A DNA stretch of 64,000 nt from the human T2T-CHM13v2.0 reference genome, Homo sapiens (GCF_009914755.1 NC_060935.1), one strand, 5' to 3'; shown: positions 25,755-40,405, numbered from the stretch's first letter. Numbers and translations: made by a program. The notes: a model not told the origin generated them from the sequence alone.

Positions 25755-26250
25755 ATTGCTCAAGTGTAGGACGAGGAAAGCTGGCTTAGCAGAGGCCAGG
25801 GTGCAAAGCTCTGGGGAGCTTTAGCTGAGTGAACACTCATTATGAGCCAGCTATGTGTTGTGGCTGTCAGCAAAGCTAATGAATCTATCCTAAATTGTGC
25901 TACCGTCAGCTTCGATTCCAGATCAAAGGGGAAGATAATCCCTGCAGGCTTTGCTTTGGTCAGCCCATCAGTCCAGATCTGAAAATCCATGTCCACTTCT
26001 GGGCCTCACATGTTTAAGGGGATTTGGGCAAATTGGAACATATTCAGAGAAGAAAGATGCAAAGATATGAAGCCATGTCATGCTGACTGATGCAGGACTG
26101 GGACTATTTGGGCTGCGAAACATTGGTCTGGAAGCAGGGAAGAGGAGGGGAGCTGGCGGTTGTTTTTGAAACTGTGAAGGGCTCTTGTGGGAAGGGAGAA
26201 TTAGGTATTCTGATTTGTACCAGAGGCAGCAAAGAGTTAAATAAGAAGCA
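25755..26250 (+). mobile_element. L3/CR1 LINE RT relic
   Basis: TATGAGCCAGCTATGTGTTGTGGCTGTCAGCAAAGCTAAT and TTCTGGGCCTCACATGTTTAAGGGGATTTGGGCAAATTGGAACATATTCAGAGAAG parallel CR1 RT motifs (MSQQC..AKKAN, FWAPH..KLE.VQRR). Confidence 0.75.
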
Positions 26251-26254
26251 GGAG

Positions 26255-26420
26255 ATTTGGAGCCAGACAGATGTGGGTTCATGTGCTGGCTCCTTCTCAT
26301 TTTACCAGGTGACAATGGTCAAGCCACATGACCTCCTCAAGCTTCAGTACTAAATCAGTGAGATGGAAACAGAAATGCTTATTGCTCAGCACTGTCGGGA
26401 TTATACACCCAGCACAACAC
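26255..26420 (+). mobile_element. MIR
   Basis: TTGGAGCCAGACAGATGTGGGTTC..CAAGCCACATGACCTCC. Confidence 0.6.
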
Positions 26421-27669
26421 CTTCCCCATAGTGGCTACCCAAAGACCTTTTCCCTTTCCGTCCAGAAGACAGAAGCTTCCCAAAGGAGTACCATGGCAGG
26501 AGGAAGGGCAAACTTCCTCACAGTCATGGCTGGCTTCAAAAGCCAACTTGCTTTTTATGTTGCTTTGTTTATGTTTTTCTCCTAGAAGAATGCTTACTTT
26601 TTATTCCCTTTCCTTTTGGCCTGTGTTATCATAGTTTCTAATATAAATTATTGAGTCACTTTGCATTTTTTAAAAATGAGAAACAGAACACACAAGTACA
26701 AGGCATCTAGCCCTAACAATTGTTTATTTTCAACCAGGGGCTGCTTGTCTCTTTGGTTAGCGCTGAAGAGGCTCTTTTAAGTCTGAAAATGGACTTCTCA
26801 TTCTGGGGCTGGATGACTCACCCGAGCTTAATGTCCCTAGATGGGGTCCCCATCCCATCCCCAAAGCCTCTGTCCTAAGTTCTGCAAAGGGTTAGAGGCC
26901 AATGTCTCTGTCCTAACCCCCACCAAGACAGCTAACCTGGGGTGAAAGATAACTCAGGGGAATTATTAGAACATGTCTGGCTGCTTCTGTAAATGTATGA
27001 ATAGAAGCCCATTGTCCCTATCATTCCTGACTTCTGTTGGGCCAGGCCTCAGTTAGTCCATGCTGATGGGCACGGTGGAGGCTTTATCTGTTAGACTCCT
27101 TGGATGGAGGCTCTCTTGGAGCCTAGGACTAATATCCATCAGCAGAGGCAGGACAGTTCTCACTCTGACGTTCTGCAACTCCCTGAAAGTGTAGAGAGAA
27201 TGGGTGCAGTCAGAAGAGTTTATGGACTGTCCGGGTGGCACTGATGGGCCCAGTGAGCTGTGTAGTGAGTGACCTATGGAGTTTGGAGATTGGGGGGCCA
27301 CTGGCATGTCATTAACTCAAAGCAGCAAATGAGGCAGCATGGTTGGAGGGAGGAGCTGGATTGGAGGATGTGGCGGGGGAGCCCAGGACTCAGTGAGATG
27401 GTAGTCTTGCGTGTCGCTTCTGGAGAGATGGATGAAGTCAGAAACAGGAGAATGAACAATGAGGCCTGTAAACAGCAGAAGTGAAGAACAGGATGGGATA
27501 AAGGCCGTGGAGCAGGACACACAGTTCAGGGCTGATGCCATGAGCAGTGAGAGGGCTGGAGGGCGTGGCAGGGGTACGGGATAGTGGATTGAAGGGCCAG
27601 GGAACACGAATACTGGCCAAGGGTTTCCCCAATAGGCCTCTATTGATTCCCAGCACAGAAAAGTCACGA

Positions 27670-30335
27670 CCTCAGTTGTACATTGTGGAGCATGGTCAAA
27701 GCCAAGTCCTGTCTTTGACGTTCATGCCAAGCCTAATTGGATCCAAATAAGGTCCGTATGCTACAATTGTTTGATGTCTCTCAAGTCTTGCTTCAGTTTT
27801 TCTTTAAAGTTTATTTGTTGAAGAAAGAGAGTCGTATGCCTTGTAGTTTCCTACAGGCTGACTTTTGCTGCTTGTCTTCCTGTGGTGTTATTAACACCTT
27901 CCTCTGTCTTCTGTATTTACCCTAGCTTGGTAGGTAGATCCATAAGTTTGGTCAGATCCAGGTTTGAGTTTAGACCATCAAGAAGTACATAACATCTAAG
28001 TGCCTCATACTCTGTGATGTTACAACTATTGAAAATCATTGGCTGGATCTGTCAATTCATTTTGGCTGGATTGCAAAATGATGATAGTTTACTTCTACCA
28101 TTTCTTCTTTGTTTATTAAATTATTACATCTATGGAGAGAAGTTTCCCTTTATGAGCTATTTAATTATCCTGAAGTACAGTCATATAGGAAAGGCAGGAA
28201 AAAATGCTGGATTCTTTTTTTTTTATTTATTTACCAATTTGGAAAGTGTAAACACTTGATACGGTTCGGTCCATGGGGGTGCTTATCCCTGTTGGTGCTC
28301 GTATTGTCCACCCCATCACTGGCTGACCATGAAGAATTTATTCAAGGGTCTCCAGACCCTTTACCCCAAGCCTAAGAGTCTTTTGAAGCTTCTTTGCTTT
28401 CTGGTATGACAAAATGTTCCAGGCTCATCTTGTACATTCCTTCCCGTAATCTGGAATGAGCCATTTCTCCAAGAATTCTCGCTTTTGTTTTGTTTTTTTT
28501 TTTTCTAAGTGGGAAATGGTTTTAAAGAACTCCGATTTGGGCACTAGGGTTTTTGTTAACACTCTTTCTAATCATTTTAATCATTGTTTCTTGGCTCTAT
28601 AAAGAGATGGCACTGGAAAATATGTGTTTATTTTTAAAGATAACATATACTTTGAGGTTTATAAAAATTGATAGCTGTAACTCAAATGCGTAACTGCAGG
28701 TTTTTAAAAATATCATCAACCTTATACCTGTACCTTCTTTTACTCATGTTAAAAATCCAGGCTGTCAATGACATTAGTATAATAGCTTATTGTTTTATCT
28801 CATAACTATACACACAACAATCTCAGAATAGCAATAGCGACCCTACCACTAACAATGTGACTACTGAAGAGAGTTTAAGATTATTTTTCATTTTTAAAAC
28901 ACCTTTTAAAGGCACTTGGAATAGTTCTTTTCTGTGTGATTATGCCTCCAACATTGTAAACATTTAGATTTGTTTCATTTTACTTTCGATTTTAGGAATT
29001 ACCTTTTGAAATGTAATTGTGTTTTATAATTACGTAAAATATTTAAATGCTTCAAAACCCAAGTCTAAAATGTAAACTGTATTTATAAAATATAATTTCT
29101 ATTCCTGTTTTTGCCACCTTAGTCTCTCCTGCCCCTATCAGTAATCATTAAAAAACGTTTTTTTAATGGTTTACCCCTTGCCATGGTTTGGGTTTTTCTA
29201 CAAAGCAGAGTCTGAGACAATGGATGCGTGCGGGTAATTAATTTGGGGACGTGACCCCAGGAGACAGTCATGAGAGACTGTGGAAGAGGGAAACAAAAGG
29301 AAGGAATGCCAAGCTAAGAAGGTGTTGTTGAGCTGATGACAATGGGCAACTGGGGCTCAGGCCCACAGAGGACCTTCTGAGGAACCATGCAGAATGTGCC
29401 TGAGGATCGCCTGTCCAGGACAGGAAGATGAGAGTATTGATCCTCAGCCCCTGTGTGTTCTTGTTCCCTGTTGATCAAGGATTGCCCTGGGGGTGTTAAC
29501 GCCCTTGGACTTCCAAGTGTGCTCATAAGCCAAAGAGGTTGTCAGCAGTGGCTGAGACATCTCAGAGAAACCTGCAGGAGATATATACAGTGCAGCTTGG
29601 GCAAGGAAGGGGCTGTGTCAGGCTGCAAGTGTGCACAGCTATAGTACACCTACAGCTATAGTAGTGGCTGGATGGAGCCAAGGGGTGGCCTATGAATGGA
29701 AGACGGGCATAAAGAGTCCAACTCTCCTTTCATTGTGGGTTTTTTTGAAAACTATAGGCAAATAGGTATACATATCCCCTCTTGCTTAGATAAATGGTAA
29801 AATAATACTGTATACACTGTATTCCAGCTTGCTTTCCTCACTTACCCTGTTGTAGCAAACACTCCACAGTATTACTTAGAGATCTTTGTTGCTTTCCACA
29901 GGTGCCTCATGCCCCTTCACACGGACCCACCATCATATAATGAACCAGTCCCCTTTGGATGAGGGTGTTTGGGTGATTTCCAGTTTTTGCTTTTATAAAT
30001 ACTGCTGCAATGAATAAATGTTCCTTTACTTTTTTATCCTTTTGTGTTTTACAAGTGTTCCTTTGACTCCTAGATGTGGGATTCTAGCTTAAAAGATGAA
30101 TAAGTACGTAGTTTTTCTAGATATTGCCAAATTCTCCTCCATAGGAGCTGTACCTTTTGCATTCCCATCAGCAATGTAAAGAATGCCTGTTCCCCCTGAG
30201 TTTCACCAATAGAATTTGTTGTCTAACTTGGATTTTAGCTGATTGGCTGATGAGAAATCAAGTCTCGATATAGTTTTAATCTTCATTTTTCTATCATGAG
30301 CAAGGTTGCACATTTTTTTCATACTTCTATATTTC
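27670..30335 (-). mobile_element. Old L1MC/L1ME 3' fragments, interrupted by LTR16
   Basis: CAAAATGTTCCAGGCTCATCTTGTACATT, GCCATTTCTCCAAGAA, TGCATTCCCATCAGCAATGTAAAGAATGCCTG. Confidence 0.75.
29179..29722 (-). mobile_element. LTR16-family solo LTR (ERVL)
   Basis: AAGCAGAGTCTGAGACAA..ATTTGGGGACGTGACCCCAGG..TGGGCAACTGGGGCTCAG..TGAGGAACCATGCAGAATGTGCC. Confidence 0.7.
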
Positions 30336-30559
30336 TGCAGCTGAGATGAGCCCCCTATATTTTGGCTTTCACTTTGAGCCTCAGTCATATCTGGGCTTTT
30401 GCCTTGCAGGGCATGCTGTGACTTCTTTGGCCAGTGGGGTGACGAGGAGCATTTGAGGATACCTCTTAAGCCTGTGATCTTAGCTTTGCCTCTCTGAGGC
30501 CTACAAGCTGGAGATCAGCTTCAGTCCACCTGGGAACCAGTGAAAAACAGTAATAATCA

Positions 30560-30795
30560 AAACAGGCTTTACACCTGTATAGCAGTTTGCAAAAAATCTC
30601 AGATGAATTGTGTCATTTGGTCTTCTCAATAACCCCATGAAGCGTGTGCTTTCAACCTGTTTACAAATGGGGAAACTGAGGCTCAGAGAAGTCAAGTGAC
30701 TCACCCAAGGGCACACAGCTGGAGAGTGGTAGAGCTGGGCCTCTTCTCGGGTCGGTTTGATCCCAAAGCCCTGGCTCTTCCCACTGCACCATAGA
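30560..30795 (-). mobile_element. MIR
   Basis: TTACAAATGGGGAAACTGAGGCTCAGAGAAGTCAAGTGACTCACCCAAGGGCACACAGCT. Confidence 0.9.
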
Positions 30796-33105
30796 GAATC
30801 TGAACTTGACAGATGCTTTACCATTCAGGCTGCCAAGTGGAAACTGCAAGATGGATAATGAGGAAGTCATTTTTCAGGGGATCAGTGTGGATGAAAGATT
30901 AATTGATGAAATGCTGCCAAAAGGAGGATTCAGAGTCTGGATTATGTTCCAGGAACTCAGGGCACCAGGAGGAGGGAGAACATTCTAGAAGAGAAAGATA
31001 ACAGGAGAGGAAAGAAGGAGGATGGAGATCAAAGCCGGACACTTGACATCCCAAACAGCTGGTCTCAGGCACTGCTTTTGGGTGGCAGCGCTCACGGGAT
31101 ACCCCTGCTTAGAGGCTGGCCACCTACTGGTCCCTCTGCCCCAGTTATCTTGGGGACCTGGGGTTTCTCTGTCTCCTGCCCTCCCATGCCACACCCAAGG
31201 CAGTGGCCTCCGTGGGGAGGCCTGCCTGGTACACACTGCTCAGATCCATCTGCTCATCTCCATGCTGCCAGCCCTGCCTCCCTGGGCTGGCTCCACTCCC
31301 TGCCTTCCTCTTGGACATGTTTTCTAGGGAGGTCATGTCTTGCTGCTCTCAGAGGCAGGCAGAGCAATGCTGAATTCTGACCCCATCACTTTTTGTGCTG
31401 CCTTAGAGAGGTCGTTCTCAGAACCTCCCTTCCCTCAACTGTAAAATGAGGATGGTATGCCTGCCAAGAAGAGTTGCGGTCAGGGTGAAGTAAGGTCTGG
31501 AAACCTCCTAGCCCAGTGCCAGGCCTTGGGAAACTGCTCCGTAAGAGGCGGCCATTTTCATCTTGGTGATGCCACCTTGGCCTCTCAGAAGCATGCCTCC
31601 TTCCCTGTACTGTGCTCCTCTCCAGCCTTCTCTCAGATAATGCTGGCTGTGATACTGGATTCCTGGGTGTTGTTTCATCCTTCCCCTTCCTGGGGAATTA
31701 TTGCTTCTAACCTAGCTGCCCTGGGCTGAGAGGAGGGGCTGGGTCAGCGGGAGGCAGGAAGGGCAGCTTCGTACACAAGCCCTCCCTGGGTCTTGCTAAC
31801 TTCCTGCCCACTCTCCTGTCCCCAACACCTTCCCACTCTGCTCCAGCCTGGGGGAGGTGGATGCAGCTCACTCTGTGTAACCAGTCCCTGGCAGAACCCT
31901 GTTCCAAGGGAGGACTCCCCAGGTCATCTCAGCTGGTGCTCCTGGGCTCTTTCAGGAATCTCTGCCTGCAGACCTCACCTGCTACCTCCCCTCAGCCCTT
32001 GGTAGAGCCATGATGGACAAGCCTCTTCACTGGCTTGGCCAGGAGAGCCTTAGGCCCTGGAACTAGGTGGGAGGGGCTGCCGGGGTACAGCCTCAGAGCT
32101 CAAAGATTTAACTCTCTTTCCTGAGGGGCCAGTTATAGTCCCTAAAATGCTTTAAGAGGAGGATCCTACCTGCCTCTTCTTCTCTAGCACAGCTAGAGTG
32201 ATAACTTGGTAGGAGGACTGTGGAGGTACAGCAGGACCAGGCCTGTGGGCAGGAGAGGTGCCAGGACTGATCAGACTGGAGCTTGGCAGGGTTACTGGAC
32301 CAGTTCCTGTGGTGGCTGCCAGGTACCCCAATGAAATAAGCCTGGTGCAGGCTGGCATCATCTGGTGCAGGGGCCTATGGGGAGGGGCAGCAGGCATCTC
32401 AGGAAAGCAGGGAGCCCGGAGAGGATCAGAATGGCCCTTTAATGAGCCCCTCTTGTGTGTTGGCATTGCATCTGTGTCAAGTGGGTGGTAACAGCAGAGC
32501 ACAGGAGGCATATCCTGGAACCCAGAGAAAATGATGGCAAGAGCTAGGCCAGGAGCCATGCTGCAGCCTCGGAGACCGAGGCTCAGGGCACAGCCAGTTC
32601 CGGCAGATAATTGACATGCTAGGCAGGAAACAGAGGCAGAAGCCCAGTCATATGACCTAGATTAACATGATAGAGCTCAGGGGAGCCAACGAGTCTGTGA
32701 GAACACAGTGGTCCCGAGTTCTCTTGGGTCCCACCTGCTAATGGGGCTGAGACTCCCAGCCTTCTTCCCATCCTGCTCAGGGAAATCTCAAGGACTGGCC
32801 AGAGCTGACTGTGTAGCTGTTTTGCTTGAGAGCTGAGAGCCAGGAGGGGCTGGAGAAAACAGGATCTTTGGCTTTCTCCCTGGCTATAATTCACCATTTC
32901 TACTTCCCACCCAAATACTATGCTTTCTGTAGCTGGGATCTAGGTTTGAGTTTTCCTTCTTCTTACACTGCCAGCCTCTTGGCATCCATGGGCTCTTTTG
33001 ATTAGCAGCCAGCAGAGTGTCTTCTAGTGGTAATGATGCTCCCAGGTTTGAAAAGTTCTTCTTTATTCCCAGGGATGAAATACTTCAAGCCCTTCATTAT
33101 CTCTG

Positions 33106-33704
33106 TGTCGATGAAAAGAGTCAAACTCTGTGAAATATTTCAATAGATTTATTCCAGGCCAAGTATGTCACATTGCCTGTGACACAGCCCTCAGGAGATC
33201 CTGGGAACATGTGCCCAAGGTGGTTGGGGTGCAGCTTGTTTTTTTTTTTTTAATACATTTTAGGGAGGCATGAGACATCAATCAAATACATTTAAGAAAT
33301 ACGTTTGTTTGGTTCAGAAGGGTGGGACAACTCAAAGTGGAGGCTTCCAGGCTATAAGTAAATTCAAACATTTTCTAGTTGACAATTGGTTGAATTTGTC
33401 TAAAGGCCTGGGATCAATAGAAAGGAATGTGTGGGTTGGGATAAGAGGTTGTGGAGACCAAAATTTTACCATGCAGATGAAGCTTTTAGCTAGAAGCCTT
33501 CAGCGAGAATAGGTTGTACAATGTTTCTTATCAGACTTAAAGTCTGTGTTGACGTTAGTGCCAGAGAGGCATGATGAGGCATGTCAGACCCCCACTTTCG
33601 TTCATGGCCTGAACCAGCCTTTCAGGTTAAAATTTAAGAGCCCTGGCTGAGAAGGAAGCCCATTCAGATGGTTGGGGGCCTTTAAATTTTATTTTTGATT
33701 TATA
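33106..33704 (-). mobile_element. MER4A-like solo LTR (ERV1)
   Basis: TGTCGATGAAAAGAGTCAAACTCTG..CCTCAGGAGATCCTG..CATGTGCCCAAGGTGG; exact 4-bp TSD TCTG (33102 / 33705). Confidence 0.88.
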
Positions 33705-33929
33705 TCTGTTAAAGAAATGCTTACCTCTGTGGGGAAGCTGAGGTGGCAGAGGGATGGAGCTCTCCTGAAGTCCAGAGAAGAAGGAGGAAGAAGCATGCAC
33801 ATGACTCCGACCTCTAAGGAGACTGCTAAATGAAAGCATTACAAATGCAGATGGGGTAGGGGTGGAAACAGAAGTCAGTTGTGGAGAAATGATTGCACAA
33901 AGATCCAGGGTGGTATGTGGGCAGATGAG

Positions 33930-34390
33930 GAGATACACATTCACCACTGGGCGAATTGTTTCCGAGAATCTATGCTGAGTCCTGTGATGGGTTCTAGGGA
34001 CACATAGATGAGTGAGGCACTGTTCTTGTTCTCCAGGAATCCGTAACCTAATTAGAGAGGCAGGCCAACCAATGGACAATGTTCAAACAACAGGGAAAGC
34101 AGAGAATATTATGAGAATGGAGAAGAGGGGGCCTTAGGCTCAGCCTGGGATGCAGAGTGAGGGAAGGTGGTACAAGGAAGGCCTCCTGGAAGGTCAGATG
34201 GCTGAGCTGCTTCTTAAAGGTGGGAGAGGCAGCTGGTGAAGAGGGTTGGGAAGGGCAGTCCAGGCAGGGCAACAGCATGGGTAGAGGAGTGGAGGGAAGC
34301 TTTGGACAACTGCAAGACACTGGGTGTCTTGGAGAATACAGCAAGAGGCAAGGAGTAGCATGGCAGGAATCAGGAGGTTGGAGATATCCA
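33930..34390 (-). mobile_element. L2
   Basis: CATTCACC..GAATCTATGCTGAGTCCTG..AGGAAGGCCTCCTGGAAGG..CCAGGCAGGGCAACAGCATGG. Confidence 0.7.
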
Positions 34391-34549
34391 GGGGTGGGCT
34401 CTCTGGTCTTTGTCAGCCCCAAATGAGCCAGAAGTCCCCAAAGAGGCAGGAAAATTGGCCAGGCACAGAGGAGAAGGGCTCTGTGATGGAGGTAACTCAG
34501 AGTCCAGGAGAATCCAGCCTGTCAGGCTAATGTGGTCATGAGTTTGGAT

Positions 34550-34751
34550 CAGGGGTTGACAAACTATGGCCTGCTGGTCCCATCTGGCCCACCCCTGTTT
34601 TTGTACCTAAAGTTTTATTGGAACACAGTCACGTGCATTCATTTACATGATGTCTCTGTGCTTTTGTGCAGTTATAGCAGAGACTATATGGCCCACGAAG
34701 TCCAAAATACTTACTTTCAGGGTCTTTAAAGAAAAATTTTGCCAACTTGTG
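34550..34751. mobile_element. MER58A (opposite orientation to 5636-5836)
   Basis: CAGGGGTTGACAAACTATGGCC..AAAGTTTTATTGGAACACAG..AGAAAAATTTTGCCAAC. Confidence 0.88.
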
Positions 34752-35254
34752 GTTTAAGGCAATGACCAGCTGGATGGCAGGGTTAGGAGGCTGGGCAGCA
34801 AGTCAGCATATGTCTTTTGCAAGGGTGTGTACAAGGTGGTCTCTGCTCAGGCCAGTGTGGTTCAGGCTGGGCTTGGGTCATCTGAGCTGGCTTTAGTAGC
34901 CACTGGTTTTAGCTGGTCTGTTGAGATGCTGCGTGGAGCTCCAGAGGGCTTTGCTCTAATGGCACCTGGCTGATTGATAGAGGCCTTTCACTCAAGACCC
35001 TTCAGAGCTACCCAGCTGCCTGTGTCCTGGTAGCAGAGCAGCCTGGGCTCTCCTCAGATGAGGTTTCCTCCCCTTTCAGCAGTTCTTAAAATGGTATCTG
35101 GGTCTGGGGAAGTAAGGATCTGATTCTAGGATTTCTCTAGGGTGGACCCTCAGGTTTGTTAGGGTCAGTGGGTGAAGACCCTTACCTGCAGCATGGATTC
35201 TGGCTTCCTAATAGGCCTCATCCCTGGTCCGGCCTCTTGGAGTCATAGATTTAG

Positions 35255-35710
35255 TGCTGGAAGGATCCATAGAATTTTCTATTCTAGTTTGACCCCTGTT
35301 GTGAAAGTCTGTAAATTCTCTAAGATTCCAGCCCCACAACATTCCTTCCAAAAGCCATCAGCTGTAACATCTCCACTGACTTCCAGATCTTGCTCTTGTT
35401 CCAGGCAGCCCATTTCATGACTGTGAAGTTCTAGGGAAAAAAAATTATCTGTGTCTTCTTTTAGGCTGTCCCATCTGTCACTCAGGGAGCCATACAGAAC
35501 ACAATTCCCTTTCTCCATGGCAGCCCTCAGATTTCTGAAGAGAAAAACTGTGCACCAAGTCTTATCTCCAGGTTAGGAAGCTGCGGTTCTTTCACCTTTT
35601 TCTGGGTTCTGGGACTTCCTGGACACACAGCTGCCTGCTGATCTTCAACTCAAGTTACAGCACCCCAAACTGCCCACAACAATCTGGGGGTGTTCTGACT
35701 TGGATCCAAG
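35255..35710 (-). mobile_element. L3/CR1 3' relic
   Basis: AGTCATAGATTTAGTGCTGGAAGG, CCAGGCAGCCCATTTCAT, CTCCATGGCAGCCCTCAGATTTCTGAAG. Confidence 0.55.
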
Positions 35711-38700
35711 GTCACCAAAGGTCAGTAGACTTTCTCTTGGGAACAATTTCTAGGAGCCATGACCTGTAATGGTGGACTCCTTTGACCTCCAGGTTGAGGC
35801 CCACATCAGGCTCACTTTTGATGAAATATGCCAGGAGCATGCACAGCTGGGGAAAATATTAGGTGCCTCAGAGAATCTGGTACTAAGGGATTGCTGGAGG
35901 ACTTAATGGGATTGAAAAATAGAATTAGACGATACCTGTGTAGGATCAGATCACCTCTACAACATTTAGTCCTTGGAGGAGGGGCTTTGTTCTGCATCTT
36001 GCCTCAGTTGGACAGCAGAGAAATGGATAATCCAGAGGTGTTCTGCTACTCTGCACATCCTCAAAAGCTGACCCAAGGAACCGAGGCCTCACCTTGCATC
36101 TGGCTTTTGGGACAAAGCCAGGTAACCAGGAGGTGCACTGTCTTATGCTACCCAGGACCTAGTGACCTTCTGGTGGGCACTGGAAAAGGATTGGGATGGG
36201 AGATCTGCTGCTCTAAGCAGTCACATCAGACTTGCTTGCTTCCTCCCCTTTGAGTTAATTTTTGTGTAACACATGAGACTTCAGTCAACGTTCTTTTTTT
36301 TTTTTTTTTTTTGGTCTTTGGATGTCCAATTACTCCAGCACCATTTTTTGAGAAGGCAATCTTTCCTCCATTGAATTGCTTATCCACCTTTGTCAAAAAT
36401 CATTTGGGCATTTTGTGGGGTCTATTTCTGGGTTACCTATCCCTTCCATTGATCACTGTGTCTATCCTTCTGCTAATACCAGATATCTGATTAGAGTAGC
36501 AAGGCCATAAATATTGAAATTTGATAGACTGATTCATTTCACATTATTCTTTTTCAAAATTGTTTTAGCTATTCTACTTCTTTTATCTTTCCATCTGAAT
36601 TTTTAAATAATTATGCTTTTATCTACAAAAATCTTGTTGGGATTTTGGTAAGAATTGCATTAAGCCTGTGTATCAATTTGAAGAGAATTGACCTCTTTAC
36701 TTTTTTGAGTCTTCCAATCCATGAATATGAAATATATTCATTTATTTAATTCTTCTTTGGTTTCTTTCATCAGTAGTTTTCAGCTTATAAGTCCTGCATT
36801 TGTTTTGTTAGATTTATCTGTAAATATTTTATATTTGTGGGTTATTATAAATGGTATTATATTTGAGTATCTGTATCCATGTGTTCATTACTAGTATATA
36901 AAAATATGGTAAGTTTTTATTAACCTTGTAGCCTGTGACCTTGCTGAATATGCTTATTAGTTCTAGGGGTTATTTTGCAGATTCCTTGGGATTTCTAACA
37001 TAGACAATCATATCATCTTCAAATAAGGATAATTTTATCCTTTTCCTTCCCTTCTCTTTCCTTTTCTTGCTTTATTGCACTAGCAAGAACTTCCAGTACA
37101 ACCTTTCATGTTTTTATGTTGATAAGAATGGTGAGAGTAGACATCCTTGCCTTCTTCGTGATCTTAAGGGAAAAGCATTTAGTTTTCTACCATTAAGTAT
37201 AATGTTAGCTGTAGGGTTTTTGGAGGTATACTTCATCAAGGTGAGAAAGTTTCCCTTCTGTTTCTATTCCTGTCTGCTGAGAGGGTTTTTTTTTTTTCTT
37301 TAAATTTTGAATGGGTGTCAAATAATTTTGTCTCATGCTATTTTGCGTGATTGATACAATCATGTGATTTTTTTCTATTTTTACCTGTTAATCTGGTGGA
37401 TTATGCTGATTAATTTTTAATATTGAACCCACCTTGCATTCCTGAAATAAACCACACTTGGTCATTGTGTATACTTTTTAAAAATACCATGAATACTATT
37501 TGCTACTATTTCATTAAAGGCTTTTTATGTCTTTATTTATGGGGGACAGTAGTCTGTAGTTTTCTTTTTTGTGCTGTTTTTGTCTGGTCTTGGTATGAGG
37601 GTAATATTAGCTTCTAAAATGAACTAGGAAGTATTTCCTCCTCTTCTGTTTCCTGGAAGAGTTTGTGTAGAATTGGTGTTAATTTTTCATTAAATATAAG
37701 TATCTGGCTCCAAAGATTTTTAAAAATTATGACTTTTTAAAAATTATTTTCAATCATGAGTTTTAAGATTATGAATTAAATTTCCTTAATAGTTACAGTG
37801 TTATTTAAACAGTCTGTTTATATTGGGTGAATTGTGTTTTTCAAGGAATTGACTCAATTTGTCTAATGTTTCAAGTTTATGCAAGTGAAGTTCTTAGTAT
37901 TTTTTTTTAATCATCCATTGATGTCTGCTGGGCCTGTGGTAATTTCCCCTGTTTAATTCCCAATGTTGATAATTTATGTCTTATTTCTTTATTATCTTTG
38001 TCCCTTGCTAGAGGTTTGTGAATTTTATAATCTTTTCAAAGAACCAGATCTTTGTTTCATTGATTTTATCTATTGTTTTACTGTTTTAATATCATATCAC
38101 TGATTTCTGATTTTATCTTTATTATTTTCTTCCTTTTGCTTGCTTTGGGTTTATTTTGCTTTTCTTTTTCTAGGTTTTTGAGATGGGAGTTTAGGTGATT
38201 GATCTGAGAACTTTCCACTTCTTTAGGGTAGCATTTACTTATAGAAATTTCTCTCTTGGTGCTGGTTTAGTTGTGTCCCACAAATTTTGATAGTTTTATT
38301 TTTATTTTATTTAGTTTTTTAGTGTATTTTTAATTTTTTTGAGACTTTCTCTTTGATCTGTTGATTATTTAGAAATGTATTGTTTATTTTCTAAGTGATT
38401 GGAGATCTTCCTCTTACCTTTCTGTTAATGATTTTAAGTTTTATTTCAATGTGATCAGAGATCACACTCTGTATGATTTAAATTTTTAGAAATTGTTTAT
38501 GTTTATTTTCTGGCCAAGGATAAGATCAATCTTGGTATATGTTCCATGGATACTTGAAAAAGCTGTGTATGTGGCTATTGTTGGATGAGTATTCTGTAAA
38601 TGCTGATTAGATTTCTGTGGTTAATAGTGTTCTTAAGTTCTTAATCACTTTTTCTGATTACTTGTCGTATAACTTGTTGAGAATGGGGTGTTGAAATCTC

Positions 38701-38731
38701 TAACTATAATCTTGCATTTGTCTGTTTCATC

Positions 38732-39034
<303 letters not shown>

Positions 39035-39909
39035 TCTCCTTTCATTGTTGTTAGCTTTTGCCCTCACATACTTTGCTGCTCTGTTTTTTGGTGTGTACCC
39101 ACTTAGGATTGCTACATCTTCTCTGTAGGTTGATCCTTTTATCATTCATAATGTCTCTGATAATTGTGCTTTTTGCTCTAATACTAATATAGTCACTTTT
39201 GCTTTCCTTTGTTTAATGTTCATGTATCTTTTTCTATACATTTCCTGCCCCCCACCTATATAATCAGACTTGAAGTGAATCTTTTATAGACAACACATGT
39301 GAGATACATTTTTTTAAATCCACTCTGACAATCTGTGTTTTTTGTTTGATGTAGTTTGACTGCATTCACTTTTAATGGAATTATTGATATGTTGGAATTA
39401 AGTCTACTATTTGGTTTTTTGTTTTCTGTTTGTTTTTGCCATCTTTCATTTTTCTGTTTTCCTTTCCCTGCCTTCTTGTAGGCTACTTGAATGTTTTTTA
39501 GAATTTCATTTTGATATATCTACAGTGTTGTTTAGTATATCTCTTTGGTCACTTTTTTGGTGGTTGCCAAATGTAGGTACTACGTTATATATATGTAAAT
39601 CTCACAGTCTACTGGTGCCATTATTTATCACTTTGAGTAATGTGTAGAAACCTCACCTCCCTTCATGTTTCTTTACTTCTTCCCATTTACAATAAAATTG
39701 TCTTAAATATTTCATCTACATATATTTGGAACCACATTAGACAGTGTTATAATTTTTGCTTCAACTCTCAGGCATATTTTAGAAAACTCAAGAGGAGAAA
39801 GATACTCTATTGTTCTTATCTATATTTTTGCTTATCATGTCCCTTTTTTCATTCTGTTGTTCCCAAATTCCTCTTTTTATTATTTCCTCTCTGTTTAGGG
39901 AAGATTCTT

Positions 39910-40042
39910 GGCTAGGAATGGTGGCTCAGGCCTATAATCCCAGTACTTTGGGAGGCTGAGGCAGGAGGATCACTTGAGCCCAGATTTCAAGACGAGCTCA
40001 GGCAACATGGCAAGACCCAGTCTCTATAAAAAAGAAAAAAAA
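39910..40042 (+). mobile_element. FLAM_C / Alu left monomer
   Basis: GGCTAGGAATGGTGGCTCAGGCCTATAATCCCAG..GGAGGATCACTTGAGCCCAG..TCTCTATAAAAAAG. Confidence 0.9.
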
Positions 40043-40405
40043 CCCTTTAGTTATTGAGGAAGGATCTGCTGGTGACAGACTCTGTTAGTTTTCCTCTACC
40101 TGAAAATGTCTTGATTTCCTTTTCATCCCTGTAGAATATTTTTAAATATAAAAAATTCTGGGATGATAATTGTTTTCTAAAATCAGCACTTAAAATAATG
40201 TTATGCCACTTTCTTTCATCCTCCATAGTTTTGGATGACAAATCTGTTGTCGTTTAAATTGCTTTTCTCATATATGTAAGATGTTATTTCTCTCCTGTTG
40301 TTTTCAAACAATTTTTTGTCTTTAGTTTTTAGAATTTTAATTATAGTGTATCTCATTGTAAATTTTTTTGGGTTTATCCTGTTTGGGGTTCACTCAGCTT
40401 CTTGA

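Noticed and set aside
29634-29663. Short local duplication ACAGCTATAGTA x2 (similar ones at about 37715 and 61086)
   Set aside because: Ordinary slippage-type micro-duplications in or next to old repeats
33627-36253. ORFs of 124-150 aa at 33627, 34048 and 35828
   Set aside because: The first two cross LTR and L2 sequence; none shows a recognisable domain, and such lengths are expected by chance
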